A DNA stretch of 64,000 nt from Parcubacteria group bacterium Gr01-1014_3 (GTDB lineage: Bacteria > Patescibacteriota > Minisyncoccia > UBA6257 > WO2-44-18): NCBI GenBank assembly GCA_007376445.1, contig VMGF01000002.1, forward strand, positions 103,928-167,927. The letters run 5' to 3'. The notes under the pieces were generated by a model that saw nothing but the letters and a program-made list of their open reading frames with translations, ran no database searches and was not told the DNA's origin. The position numbers were made by a program, and so were the translations under genes. This document shows positions 18,436 to 28,669 of the stretch, piece by piece (the stretch's first letter is position 1; each line of letters opens with the position of its first letter).

Positions 18436-18942
18436 ATGTCCTCTTCTGTTGTCATCCGGCCATTGGAATGGCTGGAACTGCCGCAGTATATGAACCTCCG
18501 GAAATCGATTGAAGACGAAGCTGAGCACCTCGTGGTCAGCCGCGGCGAAAGAAAAGAAACCATTGTTCATGTGGCGGCGAAAATGATCCTCACCGGCGAA
18601 CGCACCCGCACCTTAGTCGCGGTGGAAAACGGCCAGCTGGTTGGTTATATCAATACAATTTTCGCTAAATTTAAAAAATTACACGGAAATGCCTATCTCA
18701 CGATGGCTGTTAAAAACTCTCATCGCGGTCTCGGCATCGGCACTCAGCTTCTGGAGGCCGCGGAAAACCTGGCTAAAACTCGCGATACTCGCCGCATGGA
18801 ACTAGAGGTTTTAGGTAATAATACCGGAGCTATCAAGCTTTATAAAAAAATGGGCTACACCAAGGAGGGCACCAAAAAGAACGCTGTCAAAACCGAATCC
18901 GGCTTCGACGACGTGATCTTCATGGCGAAAACGTTGGTCTAA
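18436..18942 (+). CDS. GNAT N-acetyltransferase
   Basis: HRGLGIG and N..A..LYKKMG motifs. Confidence 0.88.
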   Translation: MSSSVVIRPLEWLELPQYMNLRKSIEDEAEHLVVSRGERKETIVHVAAKMILTGERTRTLVAVENGQLVGYINTIFAKFKKLHGNAYLTMAVKNSHRGLGIGTQLLEAAENLAKTRDTRRMELEVLGNNTGAIKLYKKMGYTKEGTKKNAVKTESGFDDVIFMAKTLV

Positions 18943-18966
18943 AAAACCGCCTTCTGGCGGTTTTTT
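18941..18966. terminator. Intrinsic terminator
   Basis: AAAAAACCGCC-ttct-GGCGGTTTTTT. Confidence 0.75.
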
Positions 18967-19147
18967 AATTAATCATTTATTAACAAAGCGGAGGACAACT
19001 AATTTTTCGGAATATCCCGGAGGCACGCCGGCTGGACTATCCTATAATCGGTCTCCGACTTATGTCGGAGCGGCGTGCCGAGGGCGAAGAAAAAACGGCC
19101 GCAGGAGCCGTTTTATTCTGTTTCCGAAAAGTGGTTGTCCGGAGCCC

Positions 19148-19393
19148 TTATTTCTTCTTCTGTTCGCTGAAAACGTAGATATACAATATATCTAAAATTC
19201 CTAGCGTGTTGATCAGTAGCAAGGCCACGAACCAGCCCTGTTTATCTGCCCTTGCGGCTTTCCAGAGCGCCAGACCCTTCCAGGTTAAAGACCAGAGCAA
19301 CAGAGCCAGCATCATCATGCCGCCATAGCCGCCCATCCAACCGCCGAATGGCATCCAGGAACCCCAGTTCATCATATATGGTCCAAAGTGCAT
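19148..19393 (-). CDS. DUF5652-like small membrane protein
   Basis: WKGLALWKAA..WF.....NTLGIL..LYI pattern. Confidence 0.75.
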   Translation of the reverse strand: MHFGPYMMNWGSWMPFGGWMGGYGGMMMLALLLWSLTWKGLALWKAARADKQGWFVALLLINTLGILDILYIYVFSEQKKK

Positions 19394-19397
19394 AGTT

Positions 19398-19652
19398 TTA
19401 TTTATTTATTTTATTCCAAACCGAAGCAAATATCCAGCCGACTATATTACCCATCACGAAGGCAACAATCACGAGCACGATCGCTCCACCGATACTCATC
19501 GGACCGATAGTCACCGGAACCTCTATGGCGTGAAGCGAGAGAGCCCAGTTATAAAGTGGCTGAGCCAAACCCAACATCACCAAAATCGACCAACCTACAT
19601 GCATAACCGCCGCGAACGCGCCGACCGCTAAACCTGTTTTTTGTTTATTCAT
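19398..19652 (-). CDS. Small hypothetical membrane protein
   Basis: TM helices with H..W and LH motifs. Confidence 0.7.
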   Translation of the reverse strand: MNKQKTGLAVGAFAAVMHVGWSILVMLGLAQPLYNWALSLHAIEVPVTIGPMSIGGAIVLVIVAFVMGNIVGWIFASVWNKINK

Positions 19653-19743
19653 ATTTTAAGTATAGCAAATTTGGCGTATTTAGTTGACCTTCCGGTAAAA
19701 AAAATAGTAAACTTGCGACAGCTATTTTAAAGGAGGTGGCTGG

Positions 19744-20499
19744 ATGAGAAACGTTGCGCCGCTGTTATTGGTTTGCTCCATTGCCCTGTTGAGCTGCGAA
19801 GGAAAAAGTACTCCCATTACGAATGAACAGAGTTCGGCGCCGACTTCGGCAAAGGACAATACTACCGCGCTGACTTCGGTAAAAGGTAACGGTAGCCTGA
19901 AAGTTAAATTTACCTATTTAGGGAAGGTGCCGAAAAAGAAGATCAGCGATCCGTACTGCGGCGACGATATCATAGCCGACAATCTTTTAGTCGGAGAAAA
20001 TAAGGAATTAAAGGATGTGGTTATGTATTTGGATATCGATACCGAAAAGAAGTTCGAGAATCAGCCGGAGCTTACCATTGATCAAAAAGGATGTCTTTTT
20101 ATTCCTAAGGTTTTACTGGCTAAGCCTGGGGACAAGATCAAAATAAAGAATTCCGATGATACCCTTCATAATGTTCACATTCTCGCGGATTTAAATACTG
20201 GGATTAACAGTGGCCTACCGCGTCAAGGCAGCGAAATTACCTATGAACCAACCACCGCTGAGTTTATAAAGATCATGTGCGACGTTCATCCTTGGATGGG
20301 CGGATGGATCGTGGTTCGTAAGCATCCATACTACGCCTTAAGCGGTTCTGATGGCGTGGCAGAACTTAAAGATATTCCTGCCGGCAAGTATAAGCTGCAC
20401 CTGCGTCATTTTTCGCTCGGCCATATGGAACAGGAAGTTGAAATCAAGGATGGCGAGACGACCGATCTGGCCGTAGAGTTCGTAAAGGAAAAGAAGTAA
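19744..20499 (+). CDS. Lipoprotein with cupredoxin-like and carboxypeptidase-regulatory-like domains
   Basis: Lipobox-like LLSC, DQKGC.F.P, HNVH and CDVHPWM motifs; AGGAGG SD. Confidence 0.75.
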   Translation: MRNVAPLLLVCSIALLSCEGKSTPITNEQSSAPTSAKDNTTALTSVKGNGSLKVKFTYLGKVPKKKISDPYCGDDIIADNLLVGENKELKDVVMYLDIDTEKKFENQPELTIDQKGCLFIPKVLLAKPGDKIKIKNSDDTLHNVHILADLNTGINSGLPRQGSEITYEPTTAEFIKIMCDVHPWMGGWIVVRKHPYYALSGSDGVAELKDIPAGKYKLHLRHFSLGHMEQEVEIKDGETTDLAVEFVKEKK

Positions 20500-20527
20500 A
20501 AAAATGCCCGCGCTGTATGCGCGGGTT

Positions 20528-20674
20528 TTATTTTTTATTGATATAGCGCCAAAGAGCGATAATCGATAGCACGAGTACTGCCCAAAAAAGCAGAGTGCTG
20601 ATCCAAAAGACCAAGCCCCAGCTGGAACCCCAGCCCATCATTCCACCGCTAAAATTTTGCATCATATTATACAT
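20528..20674 (-). CDS. Small Met/Gly-rich single-TM protein (48 aa), absent from the ORF track
   Basis: Manual translation MYNMMQNFSGGMMGWGSSWGLVFWISTLLFWAVLVLSIIALWRYINKK; starts 9 bp after the DoxX stop. Confidence 0.65.
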   Translation of the reverse strand: MYNMMQNFSGGMMGWGSSWGLVFWISTLLFWAVLVLSIIALWRYINKK

Positions 20675-20683
20675 ATTATTATT

Positions 20684-21157
20684 TTAACCAATTAAACTTC
20701 GTAATTTAGGGAATTTTTTACAAATCGGCAGACTTCCACACCAATTTTCTAATCCCCAAATCCGGCCGACCTTTGCGGCAGCGAAATACGCCAGAACCAA
20801 AGCGTAAATAATGTGGTCATCTATTAAAAAGCCATGCCCAACATAGGGAAATTCTAAGACTGGAAAATAATAAAGCATCATTAAAACCGCGCCCAAAACA
20901 GAGCTGAGGCGGACAAAAACTCCGAGGATCAACGAAACCCCTAAGAGCGTGAGTCCCCATTCATTAATAAAATTGATGGCCGGGAGGATTTCCGGGCTCG
21001 CGAACCATTGAAAAAGACCCGTGAAAGTTTTCGCGCTGTTTAAATATCCCGCGGCAGACCAGGCCGGATCTAAAACCTTGGTTATTCCGGCGTAAAACAT
21101 AAACCAGCCTAAAGTTATCCGCAGAGCCGCTATAGCTAACTTGGTTACTTTGTCCAT
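20684..21157 (-). CDS. DoxX/TQO-like membrane protein
   Basis: LRITLGW.F..G..K, WSAAGYL, G..L.LG..VR. Confidence 0.8.
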   Translation of the reverse strand: MDKVTKLAIAALRITLGWFMFYAGITKVLDPAWSAAGYLNSAKTFTGLFQWFASPEILPAINFINEWGLTLLGVSLILGVFVRLSSVLGAVLMMLYYFPVLEFPYVGHGFLIDDHIIYALVLAYFAAAKVGRIWGLENWCGSLPICKKFPKLRSLIG

Positions 21158-21172
21158 GTCTTTATTATACCA

Positions 21173-21964
21173 CTATCGGCTATTATCCCCGTTTTCAGCG
21201 AATAATTTATAGTACGCGGTCACGGCGACAGCACCGATGATTATCCAGAAGAAAAGCTCTTCAAATGGGAAGCTTATGCCTAAAATTTTAACTATTCCGA
21301 TAAATTGATTTTCGGCGGGGAAAGACCATTGACCCAACGACAAAGCCGTTAATTCATAGACTAGTGAAAGTATGAAGAAGTACACTCCCGCCCGTAAAAT
21401 ACCGCCAAATACTTCCGGAATTTTAAATAAACCGACGATCAGCGGGATCATTCCGATCACACCGAGTTTCAAATAAAAATAGTCGATATTCAACAGGGCG
21501 GGGCTAAAGAAATGCGCGACCACGAACAAACCAAGCATAACCGCCATGAAAATGGCGAACGGCTTAATTTTGGAAGATATGGGCGCGACATTTTTGTGCT
21601 GATCAATAAAAACTTCATAAAAAATACCAACAAAATAAACCCATAAAAAGACCCAGACTATCTGATCAACGATCACATAATCAAATATCCGGAACGATCC
21701 GAAGATCGAATAAGTGAGCCACCCACCGGTTTGCTGCATAATATGATCGACGATAATTCCGACAGGGACGCTCAAAATTGCCGCGAATAGAGCGACTTTT
21801 TTAATGTATCTCGGATACTTAAAAGAAAGATACGCCACGGGCGCTCCTAAAAATAAAAGCATCGAAACGACCAACCCGGCATTAAGGGCAAAAGAACCCA
21901 GCGCCGCTATAATCGGCCAAATTAAAACCAGGCACAGGTCAAATTTTTTCCGACCTAAACCCAT
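21173..21964 (-). CDS. Polytopic membrane protein, weakly lycopene-cyclase-domain-like
   Basis: About 8 TM; W.F....G.....PFEE..F motif. Confidence 0.5.
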   Translation of the reverse strand: MGLGRKKFDLCLVLIWPIIAALGSFALNAGLVVSMLLFLGAPVAYLSFKYPRYIKKVALFAAILSVPVGIIVDHIMQQTGGWLTYSIFGSFRIFDYVIVDQIVWVFLWVYFVGIFYEVFIDQHKNVAPISSKIKPFAIFMAVMLGLFVVAHFFSPALLNIDYFYLKLGVIGMIPLIVGLFKIPEVFGGILRAGVYFFILSLVYELTALSLGQWSFPAENQFIGIVKILGISFPFEELFFWIIIGAVAVTAYYKLFAENGDNSR

Positions 21965-21967
21965 AGT

Positions 21968-22171
21968 TTATTGGTTCTTATTATCGATACCGAACAAGGT
22001 GTGTAGCCAGCACCAGCCCAAAAAGCTTTCCACGAGGGCGATCCAGCCAACAAAACAAATAACTGTGTTTATTAACCCGATCTCAAACTGTGGGACCCAC
22101 GGAGTGCCGAGCCACCAAAACGCGAGCGTGAATCGCAAAACTCTGTCTAATTTTCCTAAATTTTGAGTCAT
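21968..22171 (-). CDS. DUF2892/YgaP-like membrane protein
   Basis: N.G.LDR..R and G.C....FGI motifs. Confidence 0.8.
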   Translation of the reverse strand: MTQNLGKLDRVLRFTLAFWWLGTPWVPQFEIGLINTVICFVGWIALVESFLGWCWLHTLFGIDNKNQ

Positions 22172-22201
22172 AATTTAAAATTTATTTTTTACCAACGACC
22201 T

Positions 22202-22567
22202 TTATTCCAAAAAATTTCGGATTTTGTCCGCCAGATCATCCAATGTCAAGCGGGTTTTTTCCAGATAGCCGCGGCAACCTAGCCGGATCGCGTCATTTAC
22301 CATGGCCATGTTCTCATAGGCGGTGAGCATAACTACCGGAATCTCCGCGATCTCTTTGTCTTGTTTTAATGCCTTAAGAAATTCAATGCCATTCATCTTC
22401 GGCATCACGATATCCGCGATCACCAAGTCCGGTTTATGCTCTTTTGTTTTTTTTAATCCGTCCTGACCATTTTCCGCGATAATCACGTTAAACCCAGCGT
22501 CTTTAAGAGCTTCCAAGATGGTCTTTTGGAAAATTATATCATCTTCAATTACTAAAAGATTCTTCAT
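22202..22567 (-). CDS. Single-domain response regulator
   Basis: IEDD, DIVMPKMNG, LT and YLEK receiver motifs. Confidence 0.92.
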   Translation of the reverse strand: MKNLLVIEDDIIFQKTILEALKDAGFNVIIAENGQDGLKKTKEHKPDLVIADIVMPKMNGIEFLKALKQDKEIAEIPVVMLTAYENMAMVNDAIRLGCRGYLEKTRLTLDDLADKIRNFLE

Positions 22568-22591
22568 TCGCTAATATTATCAAATTTTTAT

Positions 22592-23866
22592 TTATTTAGG
22601 AAGCTCGACGTAAAATGTACTGCCTTTATTCTCTTCCGATTCAAACCAAATCTTTCCGCCCAAGAGTTTCACCGCTTCGGCAGTAACATATAAGCCGATA
22701 CCAGCCCCGTCAGTCTTGAAAGTCAGGGCATTGCCAGCGCGGAAAAATTTTTCAAAAACTCTCTTCTGATCGGCCCTGGCTATTCCGATGCCGGCATCCT
22801 GAACCACGATCAGAAAGCGCTTTTCCCGATCCTCCAGGCGAATGTCAACTTTGCCGCCCGCTGGCGTGTAATCTATGGCGTTGCCGGTTAAATTCTGCAA
22901 AATTATGCGCAAAGCATTAATGTCGGTGACTGCCGTTAAAGTTTTTAAGTTGCTTTTGAAAGTTATTTGCACTTTTTTCTTTAAGCAAAGCAGGCGGTAT
23001 TCTTTAATATAATTGTTCATAAATTCGACCAGTTCGACTGGCTTCGGAGTTATTTTCATCGCTCCGCTTTCGATGCGCGATACATCTAAAAGAAGTTCGA
23101 TCATGCTGGTCAGGCGTTGCGCGGAAAAACTTATATCGTTGAGATAAGTTTTTTGTTTCTCCGAAAATTCGTCCTTCTGTTTGATCATCCGCTCGATAAC
23201 CCATCGGATGCCGATGAGCGGAGTCCGGAGCTGATGAGACGCGATGGAAATAAACTCGCTTTTGGCGCGATCGATGGCCTGCTCTTTAGTGACATCACGA
23301 AACACCCCGATGGCGCCGACGGTTTTCCCATATAAAACGACCGGGGTGACGGTAAGGGCGACGGGTATTCTCGGTTTATTCAACGGAACGTAATAAATCA
23401 TGGTGGAAATTTTTCTGCCTGACAGGGCGATGGAAATCGGACGCTTTTCCGTCGACACGGGATTACCTTTTTCATCTTCATTGAGCCATTGTTCATAAAA
23501 CTTTTTGCCGATACAGCCGGGCTTTAGCCCCAGCATCTCTTGCGCCGTCTCATTCATAAACACAATATTTTTTTCCTTATCAATGGCGTATAGCCCATCT
23601 CCCACGCTTTCCAGAAGCGCTTTATATTTCGATTCCGCCACCACGATTTGGTTTAAAATATTAACCATCAAGGCGGCGATGGCAACGCTAAGGGCTAGCA
23701 AAAGCAGGTGGCCAACGGAAGTATTAAGAACCTTTAATTCAGGAAAGATTGGCGGCGCGAAAGCCACCGTGGCGTGCAAGACAATCGGTAAAATCAGCAA
23801 TGAAAACACGGCCCAAAACCGTCTGGTCCGGCTCACTTTAATAAAATTTAAAAATCTTTCTGCCAT
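22592..23866 (-). CDS. PAS-domain sensor histidine kinase
   Basis: 2 TM, PAS, SHQLRTPL H-box, N, DAGIG and GAGIGL boxes. Confidence 0.92.
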   Translation of the reverse strand: MAERFLNFIKVSRTRRFWAVFSLLILPIVLHATVAFAPPIFPELKVLNTSVGHLLLLALSVAIAALMVNILNQIVVAESKYKALLESVGDGLYAIDKEKNIVFMNETAQEMLGLKPGCIGKKFYEQWLNEDEKGNPVSTEKRPISIALSGRKISTMIYYVPLNKPRIPVALTVTPVVLYGKTVGAIGVFRDVTKEQAIDRAKSEFISIASHQLRTPLIGIRWVIERMIKQKDEFSEKQKTYLNDISFSAQRLTSMIELLLDVSRIESGAMKITPKPVELVEFMNNYIKEYRLLCLKKKVQITFKSNLKTLTAVTDINALRIILQNLTGNAIDYTPAGGKVDIRLEDREKRFLIVVQDAGIGIARADQKRVFEKFFRAGNALTFKTDGAGIGLYVTAEAVKLLGGKIWFESEENKGSTFYVELPK

Positions 23867-23870
23867 TTAT

Positions 23871-25094
23871 TTAGTGAACGTGGCCATCCGTATCAAGAAT
23901 TCCGGAGAATATAGCCGGGTTTTCCTTACCGCTAACCTCCAAAACTCCCCAAGCGCCGCGCTCAATTCGAGCTAAGGCGTGATCAACTAATGGATACTTA
24001 CCAGGAACATTCAAAGTGAATTCGGTAATAGTCGCTCCGCCGGCCGGAACCAAAGTCGTCTGAACATTTTTAAACAGCGCGCCGCCGATCGAGGCCTCCG
24101 GATAAACTGTGTCAAAAATTTCGCCGATAACATGGAATGACGATATGAGATTTACACCGCCGTTACCGACGAACAGCCGGACACGCTCTCCGGCCTTGGC
24201 CTTCATATTGCCTACCAGCGAAGAGGTTTTGCCATTAAACACAATATATTCTGGCTGGGCATTCAACATTTTGAGAGCGTCAAAGATCTGAAGACCCGTT
24301 TTGCCAATGTCGCCTACGGTATAAAACTCACCCTGCATCACATAAAATTCCTTGTCGACTTCCGGCAATCCGAATTTTGGCTCAACCAAAATTAAACCAT
24401 ACATTCCATGAGCATCATGCGTGGCAACATTGGGATGCGCGCAGTGGTACATATATAACCCCGGGTTTATAGCCTGGAATGTAAAGGTTTTTGTCTCTCC
24501 TGGATCGACATTGGTTAATACCGCGCCGCCACCGGGCCCGTTCACCGCGTGCAGATCTATATTGTGCGGATGCACGCTGGAAATATCGTTAGTAAGCGTG
24601 AGCTCAACGGTATCACCCTCGCGGACCCGTAAAAAAGGACCCGGCACAGTACCGTTAAAAGTCCAATAATTCAAAAAAACGCCGGGCGCGACTTCAGAAA
24701 TAACTTCTTTAGTCACAAGATTGATTTTTACTTTTTCGGAATAATTTCTTTCGATCGGCGGAGGAATATCATTTGGATCGCGGCCAATGTTGACTACCCT
24801 CTCCATTTTTGAAGATTTTTTTAAAAATTCCAGCGCGCTTTTAAATGGCAGAGCCGGTCCATCCGAGGGTCCATAGGTTGTCAAAAATACCGGATATTCA
24901 AAAGCCTTTGGCACGATACTTGGTCCAAAAAGAACTAACGCGGTACCAACTAAAAGCGTGGCTCCTAAAATGGCTAATTCCAACCGATAGTACTTTTTGA
25001 TCAGCAAAAACACGCTAACACTCGCCAAAACCGTGAGTACCAGCCAGCCGCCGAGATAAACCATTATGAACTTGATTAGGGCGAAAATTATCAT
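23871..25094 (-). CDS. nirK: Copper-containing nitrite reductase with N-terminal TM anchor
   Basis: HNIDLH, YHCA.....H...GMYG, SSFHVIGEIFD and VDH motifs. Confidence 0.9.
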   Translation of the reverse strand: MIIFALIKFIMVYLGGWLVLTVLASVSVFLLIKKYYRLELAILGATLLVGTALVLFGPSIVPKAFEYPVFLTTYGPSDGPALPFKSALEFLKKSSKMERVVNIGRDPNDIPPPIERNYSEKVKINLVTKEVISEVAPGVFLNYWTFNGTVPGPFLRVREGDTVELTLTNDISSVHPHNIDLHAVNGPGGGAVLTNVDPGETKTFTFQAINPGLYMYHCAHPNVATHDAHGMYGLILVEPKFGLPEVDKEFYVMQGEFYTVGDIGKTGLQIFDALKMLNAQPEYIVFNGKTSSLVGNMKAKAGERVRLFVGNGGVNLISSFHVIGEIFDTVYPEASIGGALFKNVQTTLVPAGGATITEFTLNVPGKYPLVDHALARIERGAWGVLEVSGKENPAIFSGILDTDGHVH

Positions 25095-25116
25095 ATATAT
25101 AGTATATAACGAATCT

Positions 25117-27267
25117 TTATAATGTTTTTCTTTTTAATAACACGGCATTTAGGGCCACGATTATGGTGCTAACCGACATCAGCAAACCGGCGATCGCGGG
25201 CTGGAGCAGAATCCCCTGGCTCGCCAGAACTCCGGCGGCCAACGGCAAAGCGATCACATTGTATCCTGTCGCCCAGAAAAGATTCTGGATCATCTTTCTG
25301 TAGGTGGCCCGTGAGAGTTCAATGATCTTTACGATATCCCGCGGATCATTCTTAACTAAAATAATCCCGGCGGATTCAATGGCAACGTTCGTGCCCGCGC
25401 CAATCGCGATGCCAAGATCGGCTTGAGTGAGCGCTGGGGCGTCGTTGATGCCATCACCAACCATAGCCACCCGCCGCGGGCGGGAATTTTCAATTTTAAA
25501 TTTTAAATTTTCAAACTTTCCTTCTTGAAGTTGCTTCACGATTTTTGCTTTTTCTTCTGGCAAAACCCGCGCGAAATATTCATCTATCCCCAATTCTCCC
25601 GCCACCCATTTCGCCACGTTTTCCGAGTCGCCAGTGATCATCGCGGTTTTTATTCCCATTTTTTGAAGAGCCGCCACGGCTTCTCTGGACTCTTCGCGAA
25701 TAATATCTCCGAGCGAAAAAGCTCCGAGTATCACTTTCGCCGCGATCACAAACGCTATCCCCTTGCCGTTCTTCCCTTCAACTTCAGAGAATTCTTTAAA
25801 AATCTCCGGCATTTCTATGCCAAGCGACTCCACCATCGCCATTCCACCCACGGAAATTTCCGCATCATTAATCTTTCCTCGCGTGCCTTTCCCGGAAAGG
25901 CGGATAAAATCTTTAACCGGAAGAATTTGAACCGAGCGTTTTTTGGCTTCCGCCATGATCGCTTTTGAAACAACATGCTCAGATAAAGAATCTACGGAAG
26001 CAGCCAACTGTAAAACCCGGTTTTCTTGCTCCCACGGCGTGGTGATTATTTTTTCCACTCCATAATTTCCGGTGGTCAAAGTCCCAGTTTTATCAAACAA
26101 AACAATATCCACGCTTCGCGCCGCTTCAAGCGCGAGACGCTGTTTTACCAAAAAACCGTTGCGCGCGGCGAGAGTAGTGGAAATTGAGGCAACGAGCGGC
26201 ACCGCTAAACCTAGCGCGTGCGGGCAAGCGATCACTAACACCGCTACAAGCCGAGCCACCGCGAAGCTAGTTCCGGCGCCGGCCAGGAGCCAGGCAATCA
26301 ACGTGATCAGGCCTCCAGCGACGGCGATAATAGTTAAATAAAAAGCCGCTCTGTCAGACAGTATCTGAAGGCGGGATTTGGAAGCTTGCGCTTCCCGCAC
26401 CAGCCGCATTACTCCGGCCAAAAAGGTGCCTTCCCCTATTTTTGTGACTTTTATTTTTAAAGAACCATCGGTATTTACAGTGCCAGCGATCACCTCGCTA
26501 TTCACTATTTTTTTAACCGGAGCGGATTCGCCGGTGATCATAGACTCATTCACGTTTGCCTCACCCTCGATCACTGCTCCATCGGCCGGGATCCTGCCGC
26601 CAGGACGTACCAAAACCACGTCTCCGACTTTCAAATCAGAGATCGCGACTACCCTGCCATCGGCCAACTCCGCCGTGTCTGGTAAAAGTTTAGAAAGTTC
26701 CTTGAGGGCGCCTTGCGCTCCGCTGACCGCGCGCATCTCCAGCCAGTGCCCTAAAAGCATGATGGTAATTAGCGTCGTGAGTTCCCAAAACAAAGCTTCC
26801 TCGCCGGCAAATACCGCGTATAGACTCCAAAGATACGCGGCAGAGATCGCGATGCCGATCAGCGTCATCATGCCGGGCAATTTCGCTCTTAACTCCCGCC
26901 AGGCGCCAGCTAGGAAAACCCAGCCACCATAGAAAAATACGATTGAACCGAGGACCAACGGCAGATATGCCGATCCGTAGAAATCGGGCGGAGACCAATT
27001 AAAAATCTTCCCGACGACATCGGCATAGAGCACCACGGGAATCGTCAGCGCCAAACTTATCCAAAACTTTCTAAAGAATGCCGCGGTGCTATGCCCAGCG
27101 TGCTTGTCCTGAGCCGCGCCGAAGGATTTATCCTGTTCGGAACTTTTGACTTTGGACTTTGGACTTTTGACTTCCAGCAGGCCCATTCCGCATTCTGGAC
27201 ACATACCGGGCGCATCCTGAATTACTTCTGGGTGCATGGGACAGGTATATTTTAATGGATTGATCAT
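25117..27267 (-). CDS. copB: Copper-translocating P1B-type ATPase (CPH type)
   Basis: YTCPMHP metal-binding domain, TGES, CPHALG, DKTGT, GDGIND, YN and MS.S. Confidence 0.88.
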   Translation of the reverse strand: MINPLKYTCPMHPEVIQDAPGMCPECGMGLLEVKSPKSKVKSSEQDKSFGAAQDKHAGHSTAAFFRKFWISLALTIPVVLYADVVGKIFNWSPPDFYGSAYLPLVLGSIVFFYGGWVFLAGAWRELRAKLPGMMTLIGIAISAAYLWSLYAVFAGEEALFWELTTLITIMLLGHWLEMRAVSGAQGALKELSKLLPDTAELADGRVVAISDLKVGDVVLVRPGGRIPADGAVIEGEANVNESMITGESAPVKKIVNSEVIAGTVNTDGSLKIKVTKIGEGTFLAGVMRLVREAQASKSRLQILSDRAAFYLTIIAVAGGLITLIAWLLAGAGTSFAVARLVAVLVIACPHALGLAVPLVASISTTLAARNGFLVKQRLALEAARSVDIVLFDKTGTLTTGNYGVEKIITTPWEQENRVLQLAASVDSLSEHVVSKAIMAEAKKRSVQILPVKDFIRLSGKGTRGKINDAEISVGGMAMVESLGIEMPEIFKEFSEVEGKNGKGIAFVIAAKVILGAFSLGDIIREESREAVAALQKMGIKTAMITGDSENVAKWVAGELGIDEYFARVLPEEKAKIVKQLQEGKFENLKFKIENSRPRRVAMVGDGINDAPALTQADLGIAIGAGTNVAIESAGIILVKNDPRDIVKIIELSRATYRKMIQNLFWATGYNVIALPLAAGVLASQGILLQPAIAGLLMSVSTIIVALNAVLLKRKTL

Positions 27268-27420
27268 AGATTTAAAACTGAAGGATGCGAAGCGCTCTCA
27301 ATATTACAATAAAAAGCGCGGAGTCCCGCACCAAGCTTGCTTTGGTGCGGGGCATGGGGCAAGTATAGATCGTAGATTTCATATTTTTATTGTTCATTCT
27401 TACTATATATTATTTATCAT

Positions 27421-28218
27421 CTAAATTCCGCAACTGCCAGATTTTTGCGATTGAACCGCCGCCGTTTCTATTCCGCATCCTCCACCGAGGCTTTGCTCAG
27501 GAAACCAATAGTTGTTTACCTTTAGAGCAATCCTCCGCATTTCTTCTTCGCTAGTCCCCCGCGATGCTAACAGTTCAAGTAATCCCAGCATCGCCATGCC
27601 GTGATTACAATCCGGGAAGTAGGCTGGATTCTTACAACAAGGCCGATAGATATTTTTTGATACCCGCTCCACCAGTATCTGCTGTTCCGGAGTTAACATA
27701 ATCATCGGATGCGCGCTGTAATGATCCATGGCTTCACCTCTGGCGATAGTCCAGCCGGCTGTGGAGGCAAATTTTCCGGCTCCGCCGTAACGCCAACTGG
27801 ACATTGGCCCAGTCTCCAATATGGGGTTCTTATTCCCCAGTCCAAGGGCCCAGAAAAGATTCAACATGACTCCGGAATTCTCCGCGTTAATCCGGATAGT
27901 TCCATTGTTATCGCCATAAAGCATTGCCCGAATATCCTGAGTTAGACCACCGCTGCTAAAATATAATTGCTCAAAACGGTCAGCATCAATTACTCCGGCG
28001 GCAACTAGCTGCTTACCAAGATCGCCCCAGCGGACCGGCAAGACCGTTTCGTCCGCGGTAGTATTTGATGCCGCGGCTGGAGGCGACAAATAAGCCTCGC
28101 TTCTTATTCTCCAGCCGACATTATAGACAAGAGCCGCCGCGAGAATAATAGCTGAGGCTAAAATACTGGCCGGTAGTAAGCTGTTTTTCTTTTCCAGATT
28201 TTGATTTTCCGTGTTCAT
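27421..28218 (-). CDS. Exported Cys-rich hypothetical protein
   Basis: N-terminal TM; RPCC......DCNHG and C-terminal GCG/SCG. Confidence 0.75.
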   Translation of the reverse strand: MNTENQNLEKKNSLLPASILASAIILAAALVYNVGWRIRSEAYLSPPAAASNTTADETVLPVRWGDLGKQLVAAGVIDADRFEQLYFSSGGLTQDIRAMLYGDNNGTIRINAENSGVMLNLFWALGLGNKNPILETGPMSSWRYGGAGKFASTAGWTIARGEAMDHYSAHPMIMLTPEQQILVERVSKNIYRPCCKNPAYFPDCNHGMAMLGLLELLASRGTSEEEMRRIALKVNNYWFPEQSLGGGCGIETAAVQSQKSGSCGI

Positions 28219-28224
28219 ATTTAT

Positions 28225-28665
28225 TTAGCAGCATTGTTTCATCTTTTTTTCTAAGTCCTCGGCCGCCGCGTTATTCTTATTATTTTTCTTCATCAACACG
28301 AAAAAAATCAGAACAATTACGCCCAGAAAAATTATTGCTGGTAAAAAAACCTCCCAGCCTAGAACCAGCAATCCGTAAACCGCGATAAATCCGGCGGGAA
28401 TAAACAGCGCTTTCCACAACAATGATAATTTTTCTGATGGCAATCTTTTTTCCAGCTGATAAGCCGCGCCGACCACTGAGCCACCCATCAGCAAAGCTGG
28501 GAGCGCTGGATCGATTTTGTATCCCAGGAACAGCGCTATCAACATCCACAGCCACGTTCCGCTGACTCCGGCGCAAATCGGACAAATCCGGAATCGGAAA
28601 GTTTTGTTAAGGAGCCAGGCTAGTCCCATAATCATAAAAATCGAAATTGTAACAATGATAATCAT
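28225..28665 (-). CDS. Membrane protein with CxxC and C-terminal CC
   Basis: ICPICAGV, 4-5 TM, KQCC end. Confidence 0.75.
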   Translation of the reverse strand: MIIIVTISIFMIMGLAWLLNKTFRFRICPICAGVSGTWLWMLIALFLGYKIDPALPALLMGGSVVGAAYQLEKRLPSEKLSLLWKALFIPAGFIAVYGLLVLGWEVFLPAIIFLGVIVLIFFVLMKKNNKNNAAAEDLEKKMKQCC

Positions 28666-28669
28666 GGTT

